From: Octopus vulgaris
Lineage: Eukaryota
Assembly (NCBI GenBank): GCA_951406725.2
Contig: OX597818.1
Span: 144,832,001 to 144,896,000, forward strand
Length of the DNA: 64,000 bases
Direction of reading: 5' to 3'
Made by a program: the position numbers and the translations under genes. Below the pieces are notes generated by a model that saw only the letters and a list, made by a program, of their open reading frames with translations, was not told where the DNA came from and made no database searches. Positions 38,134 to 52,103 of this stretch are shown here, piece by piece (the first letter of the stretch is position 1; each line of letters begins with the position of its first letter).

Positions 38134-40055
38134 TCATTTATTTGCCACCAAATAATTTTATCTATATCGTTAGGAAACAAAATCTTTCATAGTGCTGGTT
38201 GCTTGTAAAAGTTATAATGGATAGTGCTTGTAGACTGAAATTTAGATGCCTTGATTTTTTTCACCTTCTATTCAATACTACTCTGCTCCTTAGTCATGTC
38301 TGATCGTTAAGATTAAACTTTCTCGCGTTGGCTTAATGTAATTGCTGAAACTTTACTAATAAAAACCGATAAGAAATGGAGATGGAACTACAATCCAAGG
38401 GACATAACTATGAATGCTTAAGTTTAATATTTGGTTCTTCGTGAAAAATTTCGACATTTTAGAAGCAAATTAGAAGATTGTAAGTATCAGTGATGCATAA
38501 ATTTAATATTCCACATGAAAGATATATGAATTAAAGAAAATAGTCATAAAATGAATGTATTGTCAACAATAATATTAATAGAATAAAAAAATTCAATCAC
38601 ATAGTTTAAGTAAAAACAAGGGAAGTAACTGTAGCTATCCTTACTGAAGACAATTGAAAGATTGTAAACGAATGTCGGCGCGGATGACAAGTGAGGGTCA
38701 CCTGCCTAAAAATAGCTGAAGCTTTGGGCAAATCTACCTAATATCAGCCATTTAAAAAAAAATGCAATTTTTGGGAGATGGAACTGAATAGAATTTAGTG
38801 AAGAGATTACATTTTATTAAAGGTGAATTGAAAAAAAAAATTAGATTAATGAAAACTAATATTAACAAATAAATGTTATTCCCCTAGAATAACATTTGCA
38901 TTTCATTCAGCTTAGGTGATACCGTGTGTGTGTGTGTGAGTGAGTGTGTCTGTATGTGTACGTGTGTAGTAAGGGGTATATATTATATTGTGGGAGCATA
39001 ATTAATGTATCCTAAAATTTTTAACACAATAAGGTGTGATATGAAGGAGCTTGTCTAATAGGCTGAGAAATTTCATAAATACTGCCTTGTTGGTATATAT
39101 CATCATCATCATCGTCGTTGTCGTTTTAATGTCTACTTCACAATGCTTATAGGGGTCAGGTCAGCCAAATGCTCTTCCTGTCATCAACCCTTAACTGTCT
39201 CCAATCAAGGTAATACTTTTCCATGGCCAGACATGTTTTTTTTTCTTCAGAATATTGCGAGTGAATGACATTCATTTACAATCGTGTGATATCAATAGAG
39301 AGAGAGACAAAGGTTCATACGTGTGTGTGTGTGTGTGTTTGTCCTCCACCACCGCTTGACAATTGGCATTGGTGTGTTTACGTTCCTGCAACTTAGCAGT
39401 TTGGCAAAAAAAGATTGACAGAATAAGTACCAGGCTTTAAAAAAAGTACTGGAGTTGACTTATTTGACTAAAATTTCTTCCTTAAGCCTCATGGAGAAGG
39501 TGACAAAGAACTTAAATGTTTGGCAATATGTGGTTCTTGAGAAGACCTGCTCATGTCAATGAAATTGAGTTCCAATAGACCAATTTCCTTCTTCCTCAAG
39601 ACACCCACCACCTATCACCTCCCCAACTGTATTTTTTCCTTGACACCACTTCACTTACTATCAGGAACCACATCACTTATCCATTGTCATTCACTAAAAC
39701 TGATCAGCCATTGATTGACCACTCACCCCACCCACTCACTCACTTCTACAGTGCCATCAAATTATCACCCCTTCCTCTGTCCCCACATGTCTCACCTTCT
39801 TCAAACACCACCTGTCACTGTTCCCCAGTTACTCCAGCAACCTATCCACCAGAATGTCATCACTCTTTTGCTGCCATGTTTCCTGTATCATCATTTCTAT
39901 TCTGCTGCTCTTCATTATTATACATCCCCTTCTCCATACATTCACTCCTAGGACTGAACCTGAAACCAAGTGGCTTGAAAGCAAATTCCTTTGACACACT
40001 CATATCTGCACCTATAGCTATGTCTGCACACACACACACACACTCATATATTTCA

Positions 40056-40344
40056 CTGTGACCGACCAGGCTATCAGATGTTGCTACATATCGCTGGTCA
40101 CAATGCGCTTCACATTGTTTTAGCTTTCAAATGATGCCACACTGCTGGCTAAGCGAGCAGGCCAACAGAAGAAAGAGTGAGAGAAAGTTGTGGCAAAAGA
40201 GTACAGCAGGGATCGCCACCACCCACTGCCGGAGCCTTGTGGAGCTTTAGGTGTTTTCACCCAATAAACACAATGGCCTGGGAATCGAAACTGTGATCCT
40301 ATGATTGCGATTCCGCTGCCCTAACAACTGGGTCATTGCGCCTT

Positions 40345-40345
<1 letters not shown>
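40056..40345 (-). mobile_element. tRNA-derived SINE, near full length
   Basis: Minus-strand head gcgcaatgacccagttgttagggcagcgg...gtttcgattccc; matches 60208-60478. Confidence 0.85.
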
Positions 40346-40378
<33 letters not shown>

Positions 40379-40573
40379 AAGTTAATCCAAACATGAAAAC
40401 ACAACAATGCGAGGATATGGAACAAAAATAGTATTATTGGACGCTCAAGAAGGAAGGAAAGAAGGAAGGTTTGCTACGAGTGGAGCTCTTTGTCAGAAAC
40501 ATAGGAAAAGGAAAGATCCAAAGAAGGGAAGACGGAGGAAAAAAAATCGCCAACGGTACACACGTGGCCACAT

Positions 40574-40625
<52 letters not shown>

Positions 40626-40629
40626 AAAA

Positions 40630-42320
40630 CAAAGAATATGGAGACTGATACATCTTTGAATTTTTTAAAAATTCTAACAGTTAATTATACAACATAATTA
40701 ATTAAAATGACTGACATGTGTTTCTGCTGCATAGACAATATGCATTTGCGTATGCAACCCACAATATTCTGTTATGTACCTTCATTCAGGGTCTTTCCAC
40801 CAGCGTGGTCCAAAGGGAACTGAGTTTATTCATGCATGGCTAGCTTATTTCTTTATTTTACTATGATCTTAGATACAAAATGCAAGTGAAGGGGAGATGT
40901 TGAAACCTGACAGGGTTATAAAATTTACTTTGTACTTGACCTCATGTGAACTTTAGTTCTAAGATGAAACTGACTAAATTAGGTTAAAGTATATCTTAGT
41001 GTTCAAATATAACTTCATCTATGTATTAATAAATAAAAATGAATTAAGTTTAATTAAATCAATTGGAGAAATTCTGTCATATATACTGAAGATATCCATA
41101 TGAAAGGTGCACTTGTTAACTGGGTTTTAGATTATATGGAAGTTACTGCGTCCTAAATGTGTTGCTATGATTTATAAAGAAGACATTTTAAGCTGGTGAT
41201 TATATTGATAACCAGTTGAAAGTTAAACCAGATATTGTCTTGACATTTACCCCTTAAATTCAGGCACCTCCTCTTTGTGGAGTAGATATTATCCTATCCA
41301 ACACCTGCATGGAAATATTTAAATGTTTTCCCATGCAGAAGTGAACATCCTAAGGCCTGTTCCAATCTATTGTTAAGCAATTGGTATTTTAATGTAAAAA
41401 TCTGGTAAATATCCTCTATGCACAAGTGACACCTTTTTCCTCCTGCTATATAAGGTAAAGCAGTGCTAATTTTTTCCACTCTATACTAAAGCTAGCATTT
41501 TTATTCCTAAGTGATCAGACAAACTTACTTAAGCTAGTGTTGTGCATCTTAAATCTATCCTTAAATGATTTGTTTAAGGAAAGAATTAAGGTGCACAACA
41601 CTACCTCGAGCAAGTTCCCCTTGTCACTTAAGGACATCATTTAGCACCATTTCAGTTCTTTTAAGGATAGAGTTAAGAATGCACAACACTAGCTTCAGCA
41701 CGTGTATAGAACTCTCAGTTTCATCCTGGAGCTAAGCTTAACATGAGGTCATATATTAAGTAAATTTTATAACCCTGTCAGGTTTCAACACCTGCCCATC
41801 ACTTCCATTTTGCATCTAAGACAATAGTAAAATAAAGAAATAAGCTAACCATACATAAATAAACTCAGTTCACTTTGGGCCACATTTGTGAAAAGATCCT
41901 AAATGAAAGTACAAAGCAGAATATTGTGAGTTGCATATGCAAATACATGTAGTCTACACTGCAGAAACATGTGTTGGTCATTTGAACTAATTATGCTGAC
42001 TGGCTCCCATGCCAGTGGCACATAAAAAGCACTATTCGTGTGTGGTTGATGCCAGTACCGCCTGACTGGCCCCCATGCTGGTGGTATGTAAAAAGCACCC
42101 ACTACACTCTTGGAGTAGTTGGCGCTAGGAAGAGCATCCAAATGTAGAAACCTTACCAGATCAAATTGGAGCCCGATGCAGCCCCGTGGCTTGCCAGTCC
42201 TCAGTCAAATCGTCCAAACCATGCCAGCATGGAAAGCGGATGTTAAATGATGATGATGATGAATTAACTGTTAAAATTAAAAGAAAAATTCAAAGATGTA
42301 CCAGTCTCCATATTCTTTTT
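40630..42320. mobile_element. Penelope-like element relic: GIY-YIG C-terminus between long inverted repeats
   Basis: Minus strand KSFKDRFKMHNTSLSKFV*SLRNKNASFSIEW then ALPYIAGGKRCHLCIE...LLNNRLE...C..H (41294-41575); 40630-40975 is inverted relative to 41715-41995 plus 42261-42320. Confidence 0.8.
41995..42260 (+). mobile_element. RTE 3' tail insertion splitting the inverted repeat
   Basis: aaaagcacccactacactc...ccatgccagcatggaaagcggatgttaaatgatgatg. Confidence 0.85.
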
Positions 42321-42513
42321 AAATGTTTTGGATTTACACTCTCCAAAATATTTATAATCCCGTGAAATGTATTTGGATTTACTCATTAGAAGAATTACAG
42401 TGGGATTTCTCACCCTAAGTGATCCTTGGTGCTTCTTACTACTTGATGTGCTTAGCTAGAACCTGGATTATACGAATGAGCACTGGATAATTTATCCCTA
42501 TATACTCATTCTT

Positions 42514-42557
<44 letters not shown>

Positions 42558-42851
42558 CACACATATATATATACACATACATACACACAAGCATAACTGT
42601 ATGTTCAAGATCTTAGCTTTGCAACCACATGGTTTCAGGTTCAGTCCCACTGCATAGGAAATTGCATTGATCAATTCCTCATGAATGAATTTTGTAGATG
42701 GAAACTGTAGCAAGAAGCTCATTGTGTGTGTGTGTGTGCACGCAAATGTGTATGAATACTCCTTACTTATTACTTGAGCAAAAATAATGGTAATGTTGTC
42801 ATTTATTATTGTCAAAAGAATCAGTTGCTTAATGATTCCCACAAACTCTGA

Positions 42852-42882
<31 letters not shown>

Positions 42883-43339
42883 GTAATAATACTACTACTA
42901 CTACTAATAATAATAATATCTCAGACTTGCAACACAAGTAAGGGTTGGCAATAGCAAGAGGATGTGGCCTTAATATCTTGCTAGAAATAACTCCCCATTA
43001 ACCCAGCTACCATGGAAAAACAGGTGTTAAATGAATGAGCAAATGAACAAAACACACACACACACATCAAAGGAGATAAGAGGTAATTTTGACACCTGAA
43101 AGAACTTGCTTATTATAGTTTTCAAATTACTTGAACATCTTTGGTGCTAATTAAACAACATAAATTCAAATGTTAAATGTTAATTAGTGAAAGATTAAGT
43201 GCAAAAGGTTGACAGAGTATGAGGAGTATGCATATATATATGTATGGCATGTGTGTTTGTGGGTGAGTGTGTGGGTGGGAGTGTATGCTAATAGACAATT
43301 AACAACAATGGAGTGGAGATTATTGACACTCTGTGTGTG

Positions 43340-43374
<35 letters not shown>

Positions 43375-43462
43375 TGAAGGAGAAAAGTAAGAGAGAGAGG
43401 TGGAGCAAAAGCAGAGGGAAAAATGATAAGGTATTGAAAGCACATGTTGACAGAGAGGAAGT

Positions 43463-43561
<99 letters not shown>

Positions 43562-44014
43562 CATCAACCCAAGTGCTGAAGATAGGTTGTTTTTCATGTT
43601 TGTTGGTTTCTTTTAAGCTAGAGTTTTAGAAAACACCACACACTGAAAGGTCCCCAAAAGAGTTACCAGGAATGTTAAAATGTTGGACTACATTTTCACT
43701 GTTAGCACCCATTTACTATTTACTTTTCAAATAGATATACTTGAGTATACCCCTCTTCTCTGTTTCTTTTCTCAAAGCTCGCTCACTAATCACATATATC
43801 CTCCCTAGTCATATTAAAAATCTGGTCGAATTGTTTCAATGATGAAATATAATAAGGCTGAAACATGTCCAGAATTATCATTGTATTCTTAAAGATCAAA
43901 CTAACTCAGCACTGCATTGTAATTTCAGTTAACTTTAATAAAACTCTAGGGTTATTTCTCCTACTTTTCTTGGCCAGAATTAGTCATTTAGATTTTAAAA
44001 AAATTTTCTTATTC

Positions 44015-44392
44015 TTTTACATGTTTCAGTCATTTGACTGTGATCATGCTGGAGCACTACCTCAAATGGTTTTTGTTCAACAAATTGACCCCAGGATTTA
44101 TTCTTTGTAAGCCTATAACTTATTCTATCGGTCTCGTTTGCAGAACCACTAAGTTACAGGGATGTAAACACACCAACATCTGTTGTCAAGCAATGGTGGA
44201 GGGACAAACACAAACACAAACAAACATATATTTATATGACGGGATTCTTTCAGTTTCCGTCTACCAAATCCACTCACAACGCTTTAGTTGGCCCAAGGCT
44301 AGAGTAGAAGACAGTTTTCTAAGGTGCCATACAGTGGGACTGAACCTGGAACCATGTGGTTGGGAAGTAAGCTTCTTACCACACAGCTACCT
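44015..44392 (-). mobile_element. Modular tRNA-derived SINE
   Basis: Same head and tail as 51000-51435. Confidence 0.82.
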
Positions 44393-45759
44393 CAGGTATA
44401 ATTAAATAATGACAACACCTACTTTACTAATTACAAATAGGTTGTTTTTGTTGTTGCTGTTGTTATTGTTAGCGCCAAGTTCACTGACTGAACAGACTTT
44501 AGTATCAGCAACATTTCAGTGATGACCATTCCATCTTCTGCATATCTACAACCGCATTGTTCAAGGATTTGTTTCTATTTTAAGATGACAGGGTGTGGTC
44601 TGTTGTTATTGTTGTTGTTGATGTTGTAGGTACAAGTGGTAGAATTGATGCTGACAATGATATTGGGCATGAAGCTGTTGTTGCATAATCCCATGTCAGT
44701 TCTGATCAAGCAGACAAAAGACATTCCAGCTGTATCCATCCTGTCTCCTATTCAGTTATTTTCAATTATTTAATCAATAATTTAATTCTTTCTGAATATT
44801 TAATTAACTATGCACATTTATCATTATCTTAAACACACACACACACACACAGACACAGACACATTCATATAGGTGATGTATTGGTAGAGTTATTAGAGCA
44901 TTGGATAGAATGTGTTGCTATATTTGTTCCAAGTCTCTGCATTCTGAGTTCAAATCCTGCCAAAGACAACTCTGTTTTTCATCCTTTCGGGGTTGATGAA
45001 AAAGTGCCAGTCCAGAGCAGCAGATCAGTGGAACTGTAACAATATTGGATTAGATGCTTTGTGGGATTTGTTTGAGTTCTGTGACCAAATCTCCCCAAGG
45101 CCTACTCGGGGAGAAAACTGAATTTGCCATGTGGTTCAACACCAGCACCTGGTCCTTGGGTGCCATTACTCTGCAGTTTATTCTGTTGCAAGAACTCAAT
45201 CCAGTGCTCTAGCCTGAAGATATCTTCCTCACTCTATCCTATGTGACTCATAAGCCTTGTAAAGCCTTACAGTAGCCTTCTGCATGATATACGTGTAAAT
45301 ATATATACATATATATATACATACATACACACACACACACACATACCTTCTCCCCTTAATTTTTGGTGTCTTTGTATTCTGTGTAAATCTGCACTTGCAA
45401 TCTATAAACATCTAATTATTTATAGATGAATGTTCACCATCTGAACATTTTCCAGTCTTTGTTTTCTTCTCCATTAACGTGTATATCTGTATGTACATTT
45501 TATGTATCTAGCCCAAACAGTTTTATTCCTTTATTTGCATCCTTATCTCTACATCTGCTCCTCACCTAGATTCCTCATATAGCCACTCTTTACCCTGCGA
45601 AACTTAGTCCTTGGCAAAGATATCGGAGAGTAAATTCAAATGATTTGAGTGCTATAAAGTGTTTTCTATATTGAGCATTTCTGGATCCTATCCGTTCTCT
45701 CTCTGTCTCTCCTTCCCTCTCTGTCTTACTCTCTTTCCCTTTCTCTCTCCCTCCCCTTC

Positions 45760-45794
<35 letters not shown>

Positions 45795-45810
45795 ATATAT
45801 ATTTATATAT

Positions 45811-46040
45811 ATCATCATCGTTTAGCGTCCGCTTTCCATGCTAGCATGGGTTGGACGGTTCAACTGGGGTCTGGGAAGCCAGAAGGCTGCACCAGGCCCA
45901 GTCTGCTCTGGGAATGTTTCTACGGCTGGATGCTATTCCTAATGCCAACCACTCCGTGAGTGTAGTGGGTGCTTTTTACATACCACCGGCACAAGTGCTA
46001 GACGAGGGTGGCAAATGGCCACGATCGGATGGTGCTTTAT
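45811..46040 (-). mobile_element. RTE 3' tail fragment
   Basis: catcatcgtttagcgtccgctttccatgctagcatgggttggacgg, as at 19950. Confidence 0.88.
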
Positions 46041-46518
46041 CAATATAAAGTGCATCCAGGACTACCTTATCTCAAACACCTTTCTTTCAGATGATAGGAG
46101 TGAGATCTGAGGATGATTTGGTTCCTGTCCCCTGTCCCAAATAGATCAAGTGGCTGCACAGAGGCGGAATCCATTGATATAATCAGCTACAAGGTACTGT
46201 ATCACCAATGCTAATCAGTAGAATATGTGGAAACTAGTGGTGATACATGTTAGCAAAGACCAATTAATTTAGAAAAAAAAATAAAAGGCAAATATGAAGC
46301 CACACAAAATAAAAATAAAAACGGCCATTAAGAAAAAACAGAAATTCATTGAACATAAAGCTTCAAAGAAAAGTGAAAATGTATTGAGGTTATGGAGAGA
46401 TTAAGAGAGGCAAATGGCAAATGGCACTTGTTTACATGTGTAAACATGTTTGTGAGGAGGCGTGCAAATAGATATATCTTTTGATTTATGCCAGCTGTGG
46501 AGAAACAAATTTGTAAGG

Positions 46519-46553
<35 letters not shown>

Positions 46554-46634
46554 ATATATATATATATGCTTGTATGTATATCTGTACATATATCCCTTCC
46601 CCTCCCCTCTCTCTCTCTCTCTATATATATATAT

Positions 46635-46693
<59 letters not shown>

Positions 46694-47046
46694 TTTGTGT
46701 GTGTGTGTGTGTGTGTGTATAAACATACACTAGCATGAACATGCTATCTTGAATATAGCCTATTCTGCAGTAACATTGGATTTTATACATGAGATTAATA
46801 AATCAATGCATTTCTATTCTCTCACCCCACCTCCCATCTGCCTGCCTGCCTGCCTGTCTGCCTGCCAGCCTACCTACCTACCTACCTACCTACCTACCTA
46901 CCTACCTACCTACCTACCTACCCATCTATCTGATATATTTCGTAGCATGAAGGAAGGTGAATAAAGAAAAATAGAGACGGAACTGTGAGACGGACATAGA
47001 TCCCAAGACCATGTAGCTATGGTTATTGTGTGTGGAGTTCTCTGTA

Positions 47047-47324
47047 AACACCCACAAAGTTATCAACCACCTCACCAACAACAACACTGAACACTTTTTT
47101 GATCTCCATGTGTCTAACACACGTGGACATGCCTACAAAGTCAGAAAACAACACAGCTCCCATGACTTTTGGAAACATTTTTTCACGCTCAGAGTTGCTG
47201 AAGCATGGAATAAACTGCCTGCGTCAGTTGTTGACTGCCATGACACTGCATCTTTTAAGGCCCTCATGCTTTCCGAAATCCGCCGAAACTTCACCTGATT
47301 ATATATACACTTTAGATGAGTTGT
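47047..47324 (+). mobile_element. Second copy of the CR1-group 3' end, tailless, between 65-bp direct repeats
   Basis: Near identical to 32933-33210; flanks 46982-47046 and 47325-47389 differ at one base. Confidence 0.92.
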
Positions 47325-49172
47325 ACTGTGAGACGGACAGAGATCCCAAGACCATGTAGCTATGGTTATTGTGTGTGGAGTTCTCTGTATTCATGTCACA
47401 AGCAGCAAAAAGAATTCAACTCCAGTAAGAATGAAACGATAGGCAAAGATTATGGTGACAGTGACAGTGATTGGGTTTTCATAATCTCTACATCAGAGTT
47501 CCTCTCGACCATTACATTCATGTTAAATCTCTTTTTAGTGTTCTCACCAATTCTTTACTCTTTCATGTATCATCCACCTCTGTTTCTATTAGTGTGCTTC
47601 CCTACTATCTCTGATTCTCTCTTATCATGCTGTTTGTGTCATGAGGGATGTCCTCACAGTGGATATATCTATTCAGTGATAAACCATCATACCATCACTC
47701 TTCCTCATTGTTATCCAACAGTCCCTCTCATATTACTCTCTTCTCTATCTCTTATTGGAGACATTCATTACTCTATTTCTCTCTGTCTGTCACCTATTTC
47801 TCTCCTATCACTTTTCTCAACATGCCACTCAATGCTGCTATTCAACCTCCTTACCAACAATCGTCATGAAGCTGTCTATTCCCCAGGCTCTCCTCCATCA
47901 CTCTTTATCACCTTTTTGCTCCTCTCACTCTGGATCATCTCTTCTTTTACACCTACATGACCCTCTCATTTGCAGAGTCTGCTGATTCTAGTCATCACAT
48001 GTATAAGTAGGCAAGCTCTAATATGCTAATTAATCCACAGCCAGGGTACTAGCAGGTCAATTACTCTGGGTCAAGAAGACCTGAGAACAATAGTGGCTAA
48101 GTGATGGTTTCACACTCTTCGAAATTCTGGAACTTCTAAACCTGGGTCCACCACTAAATGCATTTTAAAGTGATATCAAGGACTCAAACACACACAAATC
48201 ATCATCATTGTTTTACTGTCCACTTTTCCATGCTTGCATGAGTTACCTGAAATGTGTTGAGAAAGATTTTCTATGACTGCCCATCGCCAGACTGAAGTCA
48301 CACACACACACACACACACATGTGAATGCATGTCCATACATACATACATATACCTGGCAGGTTTCTTTTAGTTCCTGTCTACCAAATCTACTTACAAGTC
48401 TTTGACTGGCCCAGTGATAAGTAGAAGACACTTGCTCAAAGACATGTGCAGTGAGACTGAATCTGAAACCATGTGGTTTGAAAGTAGGCTTCTTAACCAT
48501 ACAACCACACCAATATATATTTACACACGCACACTTTTCTGTGTATATATCTATATGTGTGTGTGTGTAAATATAAATTAAAAAAATATTTAAATCAAAA
48601 ATTGATTAAAGTTAGGGGATATACATTGGCAGTACTTTTTTCTGTCATATTATTTCATTCGCATTTGAAGAATATAAATATATACTGTTTGCATTTGTCA
48701 ATCCATTTTCTTTAATTGAAAATGAAACTACGGCATTTTAAATTTGTAGAAAGTGAAACAACAAATGCTTTCAAATGTAAACAAAATATATTTAGACATT
48801 TCAAATGAAAACAAAATACATTTATTTAGAAAAAACAAAAACAAAATAACTATTGCTGTGCTGTAAATACTCTAATGCTAATCAGTTGTTGATTTAAAAA
48901 ATATATTCTTTTAAATAATAGAAAAAATTTTTTCAGATAAAAACTATTTTTTTGCAGATTTTGAAACTCTGATGATCAAAACATAAAAATCTGTTTTAAA
49001 AAGAAGGAATAGTAGAAAAAAAAGAAGTTAGATGGGAAGGTTAAAAAAAATCCACTCTAAAACAAATTTGTAAATTGTGTTTTTATTTAGTTACTTCAAC
49101 CTGAAAATAATAATATTGTTGTTATTTATATATTGCAGACACTGTAATATATACGTAACAACATACTGGATG

Positions 49173-49220
<48 letters not shown>

Positions 49221-49647
49221 AAATGGGACTGAATAGATAAAATTATCTTTAAAATGTCAAGGAACTGAAGTTTATCAATGAAATAACAAAACAGTAATTT
49301 CAAGTGAGGAAAAGAAAGAATAAAAGCAGCAAAAAAGCCTCTCCATCCATCAGACCATTTATCTGTGTTTCCCTCTCAGTATTCTTAACTTTTAAAAAAA
49401 TATTATCATCATTATCTTTTAATGTCCACTTTTCCAGACCTTGCATGGGTCAATGGAGTTTATTGAGACAAATGTTCTAAAGCAAAATGCCCTTCCAGTC
49501 ACCTATCTTCACTTGTTTCCAAGTAATATTTCCTCATAGCCAGACATGTTTTTACAGAATATTGGAAATGAATGACACAGTTTATATGACAGTGACACTC
49601 ATTTACGACCATCATACAATGTCAAGAGAAGAGAAAACAAAATGCAT

Positions 49648-49747
<100 letters not shown>

Positions 49748-50236
49748 TAAGCAAGTAACTTCTTTCAGTTTCTGCTGGCCAAATGCACTCATAAGGCTTT
49801 GATCAACCCAGGATTAGAGTAGAAGACACATGCCCAAGATGCCATGCAATGGGACTGAACCCAGATCTCTGTGGTTAGGAAGTAAACTTCTCACCACACA
49901 GCCATGCCTGTGCTTATGTTTTCAGAAAACAGAAAAAGCAAAAAATATATACATTTCAAGCATGGAACCCTGTAAGTGTGTGCGTGTGTTTGTCTGTTAG
50001 TCTGTGTGTCTATCTAGCTAGCTAGGTACCCTGTATTTACACATTCCTTGCCTTTAGGGAGAGTGAATCACTTATGTTTAAGTGTTTATATCTACCTACA
50101 TGTGTGTGTGAGAAGAATATATCTGAATATAGAGACTACAATCAACATCAATAATTGATAGGTACTATTCTTTACTATATTATGTTTCTACTGTTGTCAC
50201 TATTCCATGACAAAACACTTCACAATATTTCCTTAA

Positions 50237-50628
50237 CTAGCAGTATCGCCCGGCATTGCTTGGGTTTGTTTTGAGCCTTTAGAATTGGAATTTTTGAAAA
50301 GTGAAAATTTTGCATTATGTAGCTTGTTATTCTCTTTAAGTGAACATTTTTCTGGTTGAAATACACCGGAAAATGGCGACACAGCAGTCAAAATATCATA
50401 AAAATTAGGGATTTTCATAGAAAAAAAGTATTTTTTTGATGTAAATAATTTTTGGTCTTAACATGGTCCGATCTGAATTTTTTCTTCTACAGAATGAAGA
50501 GCAAGCCTTCTTCTATCATAATCTCAATTTTGGTCAACTTGCGCCGCAGGGTCTCGGAGGAGATAATGTTAGTTGAAGGCTACCAAACCTGCCATACACA
50601 GACAACTTCAGCTTTATATATAGAGAGA
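50237..50628 (-). mobile_element. Non-autonomous Helitron
   Basis: Minus strand a|TCTCTCTATATATAAAGCTGAAGTTGT ... cccaagcaatgccgggcgatactgCTAG|t. Confidence 0.88.
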
Positions 50629-50999
50629 TTTGTCTCTTCTTCACCAGATGAATCCTCTTAAGCTTCCTCAAATTGATGGCAGAGTTAAGTATGCCATGCA
50701 TGTGAGAAAGATCCTTAATACTGATTCCTTAGTTTGAATCACTGATGAAAGGGAAACATTTCCCGATTGCTTTAATCTGTATCTGTGCTCTTTTATCGTA
50801 CCCTTTCTATATAAGTTGAAAGCATTTCTGGTGATGCAAAGATGTAATTAGTACATTGAACCAAGTTTATGCAATTTAGCCTCACAATCTTCAATGAAAC
50901 ACATGTAAGGATGCCATAGATAAATGATTTCAAATCAGATACTCTTTTGGAATGGTGAAACTTGAAGCAGATAAAGCTTTATGTCTCTTTTCTCTTTAT

Positions 51000-51435
51000 T
51001 TTTTTACTTGTTTCAGTCATTTGACTGTGGCCATGCTGGAGCACCACCTTTTAGTCGAGCAAATCAACCCCAAGACTTATTCTTTGTAAGCCTAGTACTT
51101 ATTCTATCAGTGTCTTTTGCCAAACCGCTAAGTTACGGGGACGTAAACACACCAGCTTCGGTTGTCAAGCGATGTTGGGGGGGGGGGAAGACAAACACAG
51201 ACACACAAACATACACACACACACACACACACACCACACACACATATATATATATATACACACATACACATATATACGACGGGCTTCTTTCAGTTTCCGT
51301 CTACCAAATCCACTCACAAAGCTTTGGTCGGCCCGAGGCTATAGCAGAAGACACTTGCCCAAGGACTGAACCCGGAACCTGGAACCATGTGGTTGGTAAG
51401 CAAGCTACTTACCCACACAGCCACTCCTACGCCTA
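51000..51435 (-). mobile_element. Modular tRNA-derived SINE, well preserved
   Basis: Head ggcgtaggagtggctgtgtgggtaagtagcttgcttaccaacc, internal (TA/TG)n, tail ending gactgaaacaagtaaaaaa. Confidence 0.85.
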
Positions 51436-51494
51436 TATGCACACATATATTGTTTTATACATACATACGTGCAAAAATGCTTGAATGCATGCAG

Positions 51495-51816
51495 TTGAAG
51501 GTGCATAGCTTAGTGATTAGTGTATTTGGCTCATGATCGTAAAGTCATGAATTAGATTCCTGGCAGTGCATAGTGTTCTTGAGCAAGACACTTTATTTCA
51601 TGTTGCTCCAGTCCACTTAGCTGGCCAAAATGAGTAGTACCAGTAATTCAAAGGGTTGGGACAGCCTTGTCACATTCTGTGTCATGCTGAATCTCCCTGA
51701 GAACTATGTTAAGGGTATGCGTGTCTGAGGAGTGCTCAGCCACATGCATGTTAATTTCACAAGCAGGCTATTCTGTTGATAGTATCAACAGGAATACTTG
51801 TAACCAATGGAGTGCC

Positions 51817-51818
<2 letters not shown>
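51495..51818 (+). mobile_element. tRNA-derived SINE (28342-type head)
   Basis: ggtgcatagcttagtgattag...cttgagcaagacactttatttcatgttgctccag. Confidence 0.75.
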
Positions 51819-51847
<29 letters not shown>

Positions 51848-52072
51848 TTCCTCTATGCAAATATGTGTGTGTATGTATCCATCAATACACATATAATACT
51901 GTAGAAACCAGTCACTGTGATCAGTCTGGGATGAAGGCTTTTTTGATAACAATAAACAGCAATGAGTAAATAAAGAGTTCAGCTTCCCCTAATATTGATA
52001 TCAATGAACCAAAAGATATTATCACTGTATAAACGTATATACACACACCTATTTTTGCACATACTGTAGCAA

Positions 52073-52103
<31 letters not shown>

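Noticed and set aside
47316-47960. Longest ORF (214 aa, hydrophobic)
   Set aside because: Starts inside a LINE 3' UTR and duplicated flank, runs through pyrimidine-rich low-complexity DNA, and has no recognisable domain
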